Origin: Thermostichus sp. DRC_bins_24
GTDB taxonomy: Bacteria; Cyanobacteriota; Cyanobacteriia; Thermostichales; Thermostichaceae
Assembly: GCA_039794845.1 (NCBI GenBank)
Contig: JAUQVK010000103.1
Location: forward strand, 14,884 to 78,883
Length of the DNA stretch: 64,000 nucleotides
Direction of reading: 5' to 3'
Shown in pieces: positions 39,205 through 50,079 of the stretch. Position numbers and translations under genes: made by a program. The first letter of the stretch is position 1; every line of letters starts with the position of its first letter. The notes below the pieces were generated by a model. The model saw only the letters and a program-made list of their open reading frames with translations. It did no database searches and had not been told where the DNA came from.

Positions 39205-40956
39205 TTAGGGGAGAAAGGGCCGTGGATCCACAGGCGCGCCTCCACCGGGACGTACTTCAAAGTGTAGGTGAGGACCGGTACTCCAACCGGTGCTACCGCG
39301 GCTCATAATCGTCTGTCCCTGTTGCACATACTGACCTTTGGAGACATAGATCTGGTGGCCGTGGGCGTAGCGAGTAACCAACCCATTGGGATGGCGAATA
39401 TCGACGCGGTTGCCATAGCCATCGCCACCGTTGCCGGCAAAAATTACCGTTCCTTCCATCACCGCCAAAATCGGGGATCCCACGGGGCCGGGAATATCCA
39501 CCCCAGCATGCAGACGACCGCGACGATAGCCGAAACCAGAGGTAATTTGCCCAGATACCGGCCAGATAAAGCCACTGCTACTGCGCCCCTGGGGAGGAGC
39601 CTGGGAGGGAGCCGCCGGCACAGGTTGGGGCTGCGCGGGAGCTGGGGGGGCTGCGGCTGCGGAGGGCTGGGTACCCGGCGCAGGGATGGTAAGGCGTTGG
39701 CCAATCCGCAACCAATGGGGATTCCGCAGGTTATTGGCCCGGATAATCGACCGCTGAGTGACCCCGTAGCGGGCGGCAATCCGTTCTATCGTGTCGCCGG
39801 AGCTGACGGTGTGGGTCAGGGATCCGCCGGCCAGGAGGGCTGCTTGGGCCTGGCGTTCCTGTTCCGCCTGTTGCCGGGCCTGCTCTGCCTGCCGTTGACG
39901 TTCGGCTTCCCGTCGAGCCTCCTCCTCCGCACGGCGTCGGGCTTCTTCTTCCTGGCGGCGGCGTTCTTCCTCTTCGCGGGCTTTCTGGGCGGCGATCATC
40001 TCCTTCTCCCGCTGGATCAACTCCCTCACATCGCCGGGAATGAGCAAGTGCTGGCCAATGCGCAAGTATTCGGGCCGATTCAGAGGCGTGGCCTCGATGA
40101 TCCGCTGCTGCGAGACTTGGTAGCGGTTGGCAATCTCCTCGAGGGTGTCCCCCTGTCTGACGGTGTAGACCAAGCCCGGCTGACTGGGAATGCGCAGAAC
40201 TTGCCCTGGCTTCAGTTCCGTACTGGCTTGGATACCGTTGGAGACGGTGATGGCGGCAGCGTCAAGTTGATACATTTGGGTCAGCTGCCAGAGGGTCTCT
40301 CCGGGCCGAATTTCGTGCTCCAAGATGCCCTTTGGCCCTTCGCCCGTCGGTATCTGCCCTTCTTGAAAGGCCTGCCGCATCTGAACCTTCTTCAGATCGT
40401 AGTTCTGCTGCAAAGCACCAGAGAGCGTATGCACCGAAGGTGGGATCCGTTCCACCGCAGGAGGCAGAGGAGCCAAGGGCTGGCGATTCGGCTGTCGTTC
40501 CTGCAGGGTAGCGGCTCCGGCCAAACCCAACATCAGCAAAATGCCGGTGGCCCAAACCGGATAGCCCCGACGAGGGGAGGAAGAGGGATCCGGATTCTCC
40601 GGCTCGACGGTCTCTGGGCTAGCGGGAATGGCCCGCTGCGGATCCCGTGCCCCCACTTCCAAGGCTTCTGAGTAGGGATCCGACTCCAACTTCAACAGCC
40701 ACACCAGACTCGCTAGGCCAAGGGAGAGGGCCAAGCCTGCCCACCTTGGGCTGGACTGGGCAACAGGTACGACCGAGGTCCACTTCAAAAGGGATCCCTC
40801 AGGTACAGACGGATCTTGAGAGGCTGAGGCCACCCCAGAGGGGATCCCTGTCGAACCGTCAGGATCTGGGGGGGAGAGGGTACTCACGGCAGCACCACGA
40901 AATTCTAGATCCCCATTGCGGGGATTTGAGAGGGTGGGTCTCAAGGGCATCCTCAC
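39205..40956 (-). CDS. LysM-repeat M23 family peptidoglycan endopeptidase
   Basis: Three LysM domains, charged helical linker, HAGVD and STGPHLHFE M23 motifs; start uncertain. Confidence 0.9.
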   Translation of the reverse strand: MRMPLRPTLSNPRNGDLEFRGAAVSTLSPPDPDGSTGIPSGVASASQDPSVPEGSLLKWTSVVPVAQSSPRWAGLALSLGLASLVWLLKLESDPYSEALEVGARDPQRAIPASPETVEPENPDPSSSPRRGYPVWATGILLMLGLAGAATLQERQPNRQPLAPLPPAVERIPPSVHTLSGALQQNYDLKKVQMRQAFQEGQIPTGEGPKGILEHEIRPGETLWQLTQMYQLDAAAITVSNGIQASTELKPGQVLRIPSQPGLVYTVRQGDTLEEIANRYQVSQQRIIEATPLNRPEYLRIGQHLLIPGDVRELIQREKEMIAAQKAREEEERRRQEEEARRRAEEEARREAERQRQAEQARQQAEQERQAQAALLAGGSLTHTVSSGDTIERIAARYGVTQRSIIRANNLRNPHWLRIGQRLTIPAPGTQPSAAAAPPAPAQPQPVPAAPSQAPPQGRSSSGFIWPVSGQITSGFGYRRGRLHAGVDIPGPVGSPILAVMEGTVIFAGNGGDGYGNRVDIRHPNGLVTRYAHGHQIYVSKGQYVQQGQTIMSRGSTGWSTGPHLHFEVRPGGGAPVDPRPFLP

Positions 40957-41287
40957 ACGAACAGACTGACACTAGAGCGCAAGAGAAGAGATGAAAATAA
41001 AGAGCACAGGCCCCTCAGGACTGAACACCACTAGGGCGCTAGAACCAGAGTGGAGTTCGATAATGAACGGGTCAATTCGCACTCAGGTTAGAGTACCGTA
41101 GTTAACAAATCTAGACAAGTCTCTGCAGATGATTTTCGCCATAATGCTTACCTTGCAATGATCCCAGCCGTTGACTCGGTGAGATTTTCTGGCGCCTGAT
41201 TCCGATCTGGGACAGGACTGGCCACTGTATTCTTCTGGAACACAGAGCCTATTTTGCTGTAGCTGAAACTACAAACTAGGAATCTCG

Positions 41288-42986
41288 ATGAATTTGGTTG
41301 TCTACAACACATTAACCCGCCGCAAGGAAGTGTTTCAGCCTCTCTCAACTGGCGGATTTCAGAGCATTTCGGATTCACAGGGTGGGCCAGATCCCGGCCT
41401 GTGGCACACCTCAGCTTCCGCCGATGCTGAGAAACCTCTGGTGCGTATGTATGTGTGCGGAGTTACCGTCTATGACCTTTGCCATCTCGGCCATGCTCGT
41501 ACTTATGTGGTCTGGGATGTGGTGCGTCGTTACCTCGAGTGGCGTGGGTATCGGGTGCAGTACGTGCAGAACTTTACGGATGTGGATGACAAGATCCTCA
41601 AACGGGCATTAGAGCGAGGAGAATCCATGCAGGCGGTGGCGGAACGCTTTATCGAAGAGTACTTTCAGGACATGGATCGCCTTAACATTCAACGGGCCAA
41701 TCTCTACCCAAGAGCCACACAATATCTTCAGGCAATGTATGAACTGATCCGATCTTTAGAGCTCAAAGGCTTTGCCTACCAAGTTCGGGATTCAGGCACA
41801 AGAGATACCCCACAAGACTTTTCCCTCGCAGCCGATCTGTCAACAGCCCAGGTAACTGAGAAGCCAGCCTACGACGTATACTATGCCGTCCGTAAATTCC
41901 CGGATTATGGCCAACTTTCGGGACGGAAGCTGCAGGATATGGAGGCTGGGGCCAGCGGTCGGGTGGGAGAAGAAGGGGCTGACAAACGGGATCCCTTCGA
42001 CTTTGCCCTTTGGAAAGCGGCTCCCGCCACAGAACCGGGGTTTGAGTCCCCTTGGGGTTGGGGGCGACCGGGCTGGCACATCGAATGTTCCGCGATGGTA
42101 CGAGAGACCCTTGGGGATCACATCGACATTCACGCCGGCGGAGCCGACCTGATCTTTCCCCACCACGAGAATGAACTCGCCCAATCGGAACCGATCACCG
42201 GCAAACCCATGGCCAAATACTGGCTCCACAATGGCTTCCTGAATATCGACGGTGAGAAAATGTCCAAATCCTTGGGCAACTTCACCACCCTCAGACAAGC
42301 CCTCGCCATCTATCACCCGATGGCTCTGCGCCTCTTTCTGTTGCAGACCCATTACCGCAGCCCCATTGATCTCACCGACGAAGCGATGCAGGCCGCCGGC
42401 CGGGGTTGGGAAACCCTCCAGAAAGGGATCCACTGCGCACGGCAGTTCCTCACCCCTTGCAATCTGACCAATGACTCTGTCCCTTCCACCCCCCATCTGA
42501 CAGAGCATTCGGCGGGGTTGAGCGCACAATTGGGATCCCCGGAAGCCCGCCAAGCATTTCAAGCGGCCATGGACGATGACTTCGGCACCCCTGGAGCCCT
42601 GGCGGTAGCCTTTGAACTGGCCAAAGAATTGATCCGCGAACACAACCTTCTCACCCACCAAGGCAAGACCCACCTAGAAGCGGCCCCCTTGAGTCAAAAA
42701 AGTGCTGCTCTGTTGGAGATTTTGGAAACCTTGGGATTCCGTATAGATGTGGCCAAAGAGACCAATGTTACCGGAGATTGGGGGGCCGAAAATGCAGAAA
42801 AGGGGGAAATCGAGATCGAGGAGAGAAAAGGGGGAAATCGAGATCGAGGAGCTGATCGCTCAGCGCTTGGCAGCTCGCAAGGCGAAAAACTTTTCAGAAG
42901 CAGATCGAATTCGGGAGCAGCTGAAACAACAGGGGATCACCTTAATCGACCAAAAAGATGGCACCACCCGCTGGATCCGCGAATAG
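41288..42986 (+). CDS. cysS: Cysteine--tRNA ligase, frameshifted near the C-terminus by a 28-nt duplication
   Basis: [34 protein letters not shown]; canonical tail [20 protein letters not shown]...TTRW lies in another frame ending 42986. Confidence 0.92.
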
Positions 42987-43138
42987 GACACTGACGCTCT
43001 CCCTCCGGGTACGGGGTGAGAGACCTTGCTTCGGCAGCTCACATTGCACCAGAGACCCCTGAGTGAGAAGAACAGCTGCACAAGGGATCCCCCCAATCCG
43101 GTAGGATCAAAGACGTTAAGCTTCCAGGAGAACCTGCC

Positions 43139-43546
43139 GTGACGCTGACGGTTCGTGTGATCACCCCCGACCACACCGTTTGGGATGCCCCCAGCGAGGA
43201 AGTAATCCTTCCGGCCACCTCTGGTCAATTGGGCATACTCACCGGGCACGCCCCCCTTTTAACCGCCATCGGCAACGGAGTTATGCGGGTCAAGGCGGGT
43301 GGAAAATGGTCGGCCATTGCCGTCATGGGCGGCTTTGCGGAAGTGGAGAATAACGAAGTGACCATCCTGGTGAACCGGGCCGAGATGGGAGAGAAGGTGG
43401 ATAAAGCAGCAGCTCAGGCACTTCTGAGTGAAGCCAGCAAAGTTTTGAACACCAGCAGCGACAAGCAAGAGCGGTTGCAAGCCAAGTTGGATCAACAACG
43501 GGCCACCGCCCTACTCCAAGCCGCCGAAATGGGCACCAAGAAGTAA
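43139..43546 (+). CDS. atpC: ATP synthase F1 epsilon subunit
   Basis: [42 protein letters not shown]. Confidence 0.95.
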   Translation: MTLTVRVITPDHTVWDAPSEEVILPATSGQLGILTGHAPLLTAIGNGVMRVKAGGKWSAIAVMGGFAEVENNEVTILVNRAEMGEKVDKAAAQALLSEASKVLNTSSDKQERLQAKLDQQRATALLQAAEMGTKK

Positions 43547-43676
43547 ACTACCCAACGCAATGCCCAACGGCAGGCTAACGCCGACATGCTACGCATAGAG
43601 CGCGGGGCTCCTGCGAGTCAGACTGAGGATTGGATGATACGACTTGGCTGGGGGATCGATCGGGAAAATCACCAAA

Positions 43677-43884
43677 TGCAGCCCTTACGCGGGTCTTCCA
43701 GGACAGGGCTTGTGCTTCCTGCTCCCGCTTTCGCGGGGCCCGGAGGGCTAGCCCTCCAGAGGTTAGAACTCAACTTCCATAGTTGTTACACATGACTAGC
43801 GGTGCCCTATGGTGGGCGAACGCGCCAGCGTGCCCTAGGCGTAAAGGGCTGGACTGTGCTAGCTAATGAGCGAAAGGGCTGTAA
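43677..43884 (+). mobile_element. MITE-like non-coding element, copy 3 (with a second right-end-like sequence)
   Basis: TGCAGCCCTTACGCGGGTCTTCCAGGAC ... GCGTAAAGGGCTGG (to ~43852), then GCGAAAGGGCTGTAA at 43870-43884. Confidence 0.7.
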
Positions 43885-45711
43885 GCGCTCAGGCCATACA
43901 GCACCACACCGTAGGCAGGCACAGCGACGGGATCCCCTTGGGTTTGTAAGGGCAACTGAGAACCAGCCCCCAGCCAATCTGGGTCGTGGCTATCCAAAAC
44001 TTTTTGCCAGGTGCCAACGGGCCACCCAGAATAGGTTGCCGCATGGTCTGGGCTGAAGTTGAAGAGGGCAAGGAGGGTATCGGATCCCCAGCTCCGTTGC
44101 AGAGCGAGGCCGCCGTCTGCAAAAAGATGAACCTGTACCGACTCTCGCTGAAAGCTTTGTAGGGCGGGGGATGTTTTGCGCAGCTGAATCAGGGTTTGAT
44201 ACCACCGCCAAAGGGTGTGATGGTGGCCGGAGGTTTTCAGATCCCAATTGAGTTTGGAGCGGTGAAAGGTCTCTTCTGACTGTGGATCGGGTACTTCTCC
44301 CTTCCAGGCGAAGGCGCTGAACTCCCGTCTGCGTCCCTGCCGCACCGCTTCCACCAAGTCGGGATCCCCGTGGCTGACAAAATATTGAAAGGGAGCAGTT
44401 TCCCCGTATTCTTCCCCCATGTAGAGCATCGGTAGCATCGGGGCCAACAGCAGGGCTGCCGCCGCCAGTTTTAACCCCTCAAAAGAGGTGAGCTGACTGA
44501 GGCGCTCCCCTAACATGCGATTGCCGATCTGGTCATGATTTTGGATGCAGATCACAAACTGGGATCCCGGTCGCTGGGCGGCAGAATTGCCATAGCGTCT
44601 GGCTCGGTGGGGCGAATATTGGCCGGAAAAAACATAACTTTCTCGGTAGGATTTGGCCAACTGCTCCAACTGGCCGAAGTCTTCGTAGTAGCCCTCTTTC
44701 TCGCCGGTGAGCAAGGTGTGAACACAGTGATGAAAGTCATCGCACCACTGGGCGTCGATGCCGTAGCCCCCCTGCTCCCGCGGGGAGATGATCTTGACGT
44801 CGTTGAGGTCGGTTTCGGCGATCAATTGTCGCTGCCAGCCGGTGCGTTGCCCCAGTGCCTCCACCCGTTCCGACAGTTCCCGCAAAAAAGGGCGAGCGCT
44901 GAAATCGTAAATGGCGTGAATGGCGTCCAGACGCAGCCCATCTAGATGAAATTCTTCCAGCCAGTACTCGGCATTTTGTAAGAAAAACTCGCGTACCCCA
45001 TCGCAGTAGCGATCGTCGAAGTTGAGGGCGGCTCCCCAAGGGGTATGGTATTTGTCGGTGAAGTAGGGGCCAAACTCGCGCAGGTAGTTTCCCTCCGGCC
45101 CCATGTGGTTGTAAACCACATCCAGGATCACCGCCATTCCCACCTGATGACAGGCATCCACCAACTGTTTCAGGCCCTGCGCCCCCCCATAAGCCGTTTG
45201 CACCGCGTAGGGATACACGCCGTCGTAACCCCAGTTGCGTCCCCCGGGGCATTGGGCCACCGGCATCAGCTCCAGCACGTTCACCCCCAGGTCCAGCAGC
45301 TCCGGCAGGCGGGGAATAATGGCGGCAAAGGTGCCTTCCGGGGTAAAGGTGCCCGGTGCCCACATGCAACTCGTAGAGGATCCACTGGGGCAACGGGATC
45401 CCTTGCCAAGCCCCATCCCGCCAGTCAAAGCCAGGATCCAAAACGCGGGAGGGGCCGTGCACCCCGTAGGGTTGCCAGCGGGAGGCCGGATCCGGTCGTT
45501 CCACCTGACCTTGTGGGCCGTGCAGACGGTACAGATACTCCACAGGCCCCGCCGGGATCCCGTCCAGCTCCGTGTGCCAGTAGCCCTCCTCATCCTGTTG
45601 CAGGGGTAGGGTTCGTTCAACAGGGCTGAGCAGCTTCAGCTCCACTTGTTGCAATAGGGGCCCCCACACCGAGAAACGGTAGCGGCCAGAGCCCAGCGGA
45701 TAGGCACCCAT
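43863..45711 (-). pseudogene. treZ: Malto-oligosyltrehalose trehalohydrolase, frameshifted by a 7-nt duplication
   Basis: PDPASRWQPYGVHGPS, YELHVGT|FTPEG, WGYDGV, DVVYNH, LRLDAIH, QNHDQIGNR; GGTGCCC duplicated at 45348-45361. Confidence 0.9.
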
Positions 45712-45937
45712 CCGTCCAGCGGATGCACGTTGCGGAGAACCGGCGGTGGAGGAAGAAACGTCTAGCACGAAACCAGGCCAGGAAACACGGTTTCTACTAT
45801 AACGGACGGCTTCTACTACAACGGGGCCGAGTATGGCGAGGCCGGGGGTTAAGCCCAGGGATCCCCACCGGACAAGGTCAAACCCAGGCTGCCCTTTGCC
45901 TTTGCCATAGTGGAAATGGCCTTCATCTTGTGCTTCT

Positions 45938-47989
45938 ATGCTCAGCTATCCCCCTACCCGCCCGGATCCCACGATCGTCGATGACTACCACGGCCAGAAG
46001 GTGGCGGATCCCTATCGGTGGCTGGAAGACCTTGATTCTGACGAGACGCGGGCTTGGGTGGAGGCGCAAAACCAGGTGACCTTCGACTACCTGAAGGGGA
46101 TCCCGGCGCGGCAACGGCTGCAAGAGCGCTTGACCCAGTTGTGGGACTACGAAAAGTACAGCCAGCCCTTCAAAGAAGGCAACCGCTACTTTTATTTCAA
46201 AAATGACGGCCTGCAAAATCAGAGCGTTTTGTACACCCAAAACCGCCTAGAGGAGGAGGCCAGAGTGCTGTTGGATCCCAACACCCTTTCGGAAGATGGC
46301 ACGGTGGCCCTTTCGGGAATCGCCATTAGCGAAGATGGTCGCTACTTGGCCTATGGGCTCTCCAGCTCCGGCTCCGATTGGCAAGAGTGGAAGGTGCGAG
46401 AGATTGAATCCGGACAAGATCTAGCCGATCACATTCGCTGGGTGAAATTCTCGGGCGCCAGTTGGACGAAAGATGGCCAGGGCTTTTACTACAGCCGCTA
46501 CGATGAGCCCGCGGAAGGCACCGAATACGAAGGAACCAATTATTTCCAAAAACTCTACTACCATCGCCTCGGCACATCCCAATCGGAAGACCTCTTGGTT
46601 TATCATCGACCCGATCAAAAGGAATGGGGATTTGGTGCCGGGGTCACCGAAGATGGGGCTTATTTGATCATCTCCGTCTGGCGAGGCACCGATCCGAAAA
46701 ACCTGATCTTTTACAAAGACCTCAGGGATCCACAATCGCCCGTGGTGGAGCTGATCCGGGACTTTGAGGCGGAATACAATTTTGTCGGCAACGACGGATC
46801 CCTCTTTTGGCTCAGCACCGACCTTAACGCGCCCCGCAGCCGTTTGGTGGCCATTGATGTTAGGCAACCTGAGCAAGTCCAGGAGGTGATCCCACAAGCG
46901 GAGGAAACCCTTCAGGGGATCAGCCTGATCAACAATCAATTTGTTGCCTTTTACCTCAAAGATGCCCATACCCAGATCAAACGTTTTGCCTTGGATGGCA
47001 GCTTTTTAGGAGAAATCCCCCTGCCAGGCTTGGGATCCGCCGGTGGATTTGGCGGCAAGCGCTACGATACCGAAACCTTTTATACCTTCACCAGCTTTAC
47101 CACGCCCCCCACCATCTACCGCTACGACTTTGCCACCGGCACGAGCACCCTTTTCCGTCAGCCCCAGGTGGACTTTGACCCGGAGGCCTATGAGGTCAAA
47201 CAGGTGTTTTACACCAGCCCAGATGGCACCCGCATCCCCATGTTCATCACCCACAAGAAGGGCCTGCAACTGACGGGGGATCATCCCACGTTGCTGTACG
47301 GCTATGGGGGGTTCGGGGTGTCGTTAACCCCCAGTTTCTCCACTGGTTTGGTGGTTTGGCTGGAGATGGGCGGTGTGTACGCCCAACCCAACCTGCGGGG
47401 TGGCGGCGAATATGGGGAAGATTGGCACCAGGCGGGCACCAAACTGAACAAGCAAAAGGTGTTCGACGATTTTATTGCCGCTGCCGAGTGGTTGATCGCC
47501 AACGGCTACACCAAGGCCTCTAAGCTGGCCATTTCTGGGGGTAGCAATGGCGGCCTGCTGGTGGGGGCCTGCATGACGCAACGGCCCGACCTCTTCGCAG
47601 CAGCCCTGCCGGCGGTGGGGGTGATGGATATGCTGCGGTTTCACAAATTCACCATCGGCTGGGCCTGGATTTCCGAGTACGGATCCCCGGAAAACCCGGA
47701 AGAGTTTCAAGCGCTCTACGCCTATTCGCCCCTGCACAACCTCAAACCGGGTACTGCCTACCCCGCCACCCTAATTACCACCGGCGACCACGACGACCGC
47801 GTTGTCCCGGCCCACAGCTTTAAGTTCGCCGCAGCCCTGCAGGCGGCCCACCAGGGATCCCAGCCCGTGTTGATCCGCATCGAAACCAAAGCGGGGCATG
47901 GAGCCGGCAAACCCACCGCCAAGATCATTGAAGAAGCCGCCGACCGCTGGGCCTTTTTGGTGCAGGTGTTGGGGATTCCGCTGGAGTGA
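45938..47989 (+). CDS. Prolyl oligopeptidase (S9A)
   Basis: DPYRWLED, GGSNGG, DHDDRVVPAHS, KAGHGAG. Confidence 0.95.
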   Translation: MLSYPPTRPDPTIVDDYHGQKVADPYRWLEDLDSDETRAWVEAQNQVTFDYLKGIPARQRLQERLTQLWDYEKYSQPFKEGNRYFYFKNDGLQNQSVLYTQNRLEEEARVLLDPNTLSEDGTVALSGIAISEDGRYLAYGLSSSGSDWQEWKVREIESGQDLADHIRWVKFSGASWTKDGQGFYYSRYDEPAEGTEYEGTNYFQKLYYHRLGTSQSEDLLVYHRPDQKEWGFGAGVTEDGAYLIISVWRGTDPKNLIFYKDLRDPQSPVVELIRDFEAEYNFVGNDGSLFWLSTDLNAPRSRLVAIDVRQPEQVQEVIPQAEETLQGISLINNQFVAFYLKDAHTQIKRFALDGSFLGEIPLPGLGSAGGFGGKRYDTETFYTFTSFTTPPTIYRYDFATGTSTLFRQPQVDFDPEAYEVKQVFYTSPDGTRIPMFITHKKGLQLTGDHPTLLYGYGGFGVSLTPSFSTGLVVWLEMGGVYAQPNLRGGGEYGEDWHQAGTKLNKQKVFDDFIAAAEWLIANGYTKASKLAISGGSNGGLLVGACMTQRPDLFAAALPAVGVMDMLRFHKFTIGWAWISEYGSPENPEEFQALYAYSPLHNLKPGTAYPATLITTGDHDDRVVPAHSFKFAAALQAAHQGSQPVLIRIETKAGHGAGKPTAKIIEEAADRWAFLVQVLGIPLE

Positions 47990-47998
47990 GGATCTGGG

Positions 47999-49291
<1,293 letters not shown>

Positions 49292-49415
49292 TCAGCGACA
49301 GCCGGAACAAAATCAGATCCCCACACAGATTAATAGATCCCCGTCTGGGATCCCGTTAGCCTCCAGAAATCCTTAAGAGAGGGTAGGATAATCACGGAGC
49401 TTTCTTGCAAGCGAC

Positions 49416-50063
49416 ATGCGTGTGCGACCTGGGATCCCTTACCTGTTCAAGCTGACTGTGCTGATGGTGTTGCTTTGGGTGGGGTTCAATGCCGTTTCCG
49501 TCTCGGCCCGCCCGCATTCTTCCTATGATCTGCTCCTGGCACAACAATTGGGCAAAGAAGTGAAAACCTACGACAGTCCCCCCCCGATGGTGATCGATCC
49601 GGCTAAGTCCTACACGGCCACCCTGGAAACCACCGCCGGAACGATGACGCTGGAACTGTTCCCGCAGGAAGCTCCCCTCACCGTCAACAATTTCGTCTTC
49701 TTGGCCAATGACCATTTCTATGACGGCGTGATTTTTCACCGCGTGATTCGGGGTTTTATGATCCAGGGCGGGGATCCCACGGGTACGGGGCGCGGTGGGC
49801 CGGGGTATCGCTTTCAGGATGAGCCCGTGAAACGCCCCTACAGTCGCGGCATTTTGGCGATGGCCAACGCGGGCCCCAACACCAATGGCAGCCAGTTTTT
49901 CATCATGCACGCCGACTATCCGCTGCCCCCCAACTACACGATCTTCGGGCAATTGATCGAGGGGGAAGAGGTGCTGGATGCCATCGCTACCGCTCGCACA
50001 GGCCCTCAGGATCGCCCGGTGGCTCCGGTGGAGATCACGTCGATTACCATCTCCGAGTTCTAG
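49416..50063 (+). CDS. Cyclophilin-type peptidyl-prolyl isomerase with signal peptide
   Basis: FHRVIRGFMIQGGDPTGTG, MANAGPNTNGSQFFI. Confidence 0.93.
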   Translation: MRVRPGIPYLFKLTVLMVLLWVGFNAVSVSARPHSSYDLLLAQQLGKEVKTYDSPPPMVIDPAKSYTATLETTAGTMTLELFPQEAPLTVNNFVFLANDHFYDGVIFHRVIRGFMIQGGDPTGTGRGGPGYRFQDEPVKRPYSRGILAMANAGPNTNGSQFFIMHADYPLPPNYTIFGQLIEGEEVLDAIATARTGPQDRPVAPVEITSITISEF

Positions 50064-50079
50064 GTTCGCCTCCCCAGGT

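Noticed and set aside
39268..40671. 467-aa ORF on the + strand
   Set aside because: Antisense shadow of the LysM/M23 gene; no recognisable motifs. Long shadow ORFs are expected at this GC content.
49978..50079. Upstream extension of the HAD-GvpK ORF into the cyclophilin gene
   Set aside because: Overlaps the PPIase coding region; ATG 50080 sits just before the HAD motif I.
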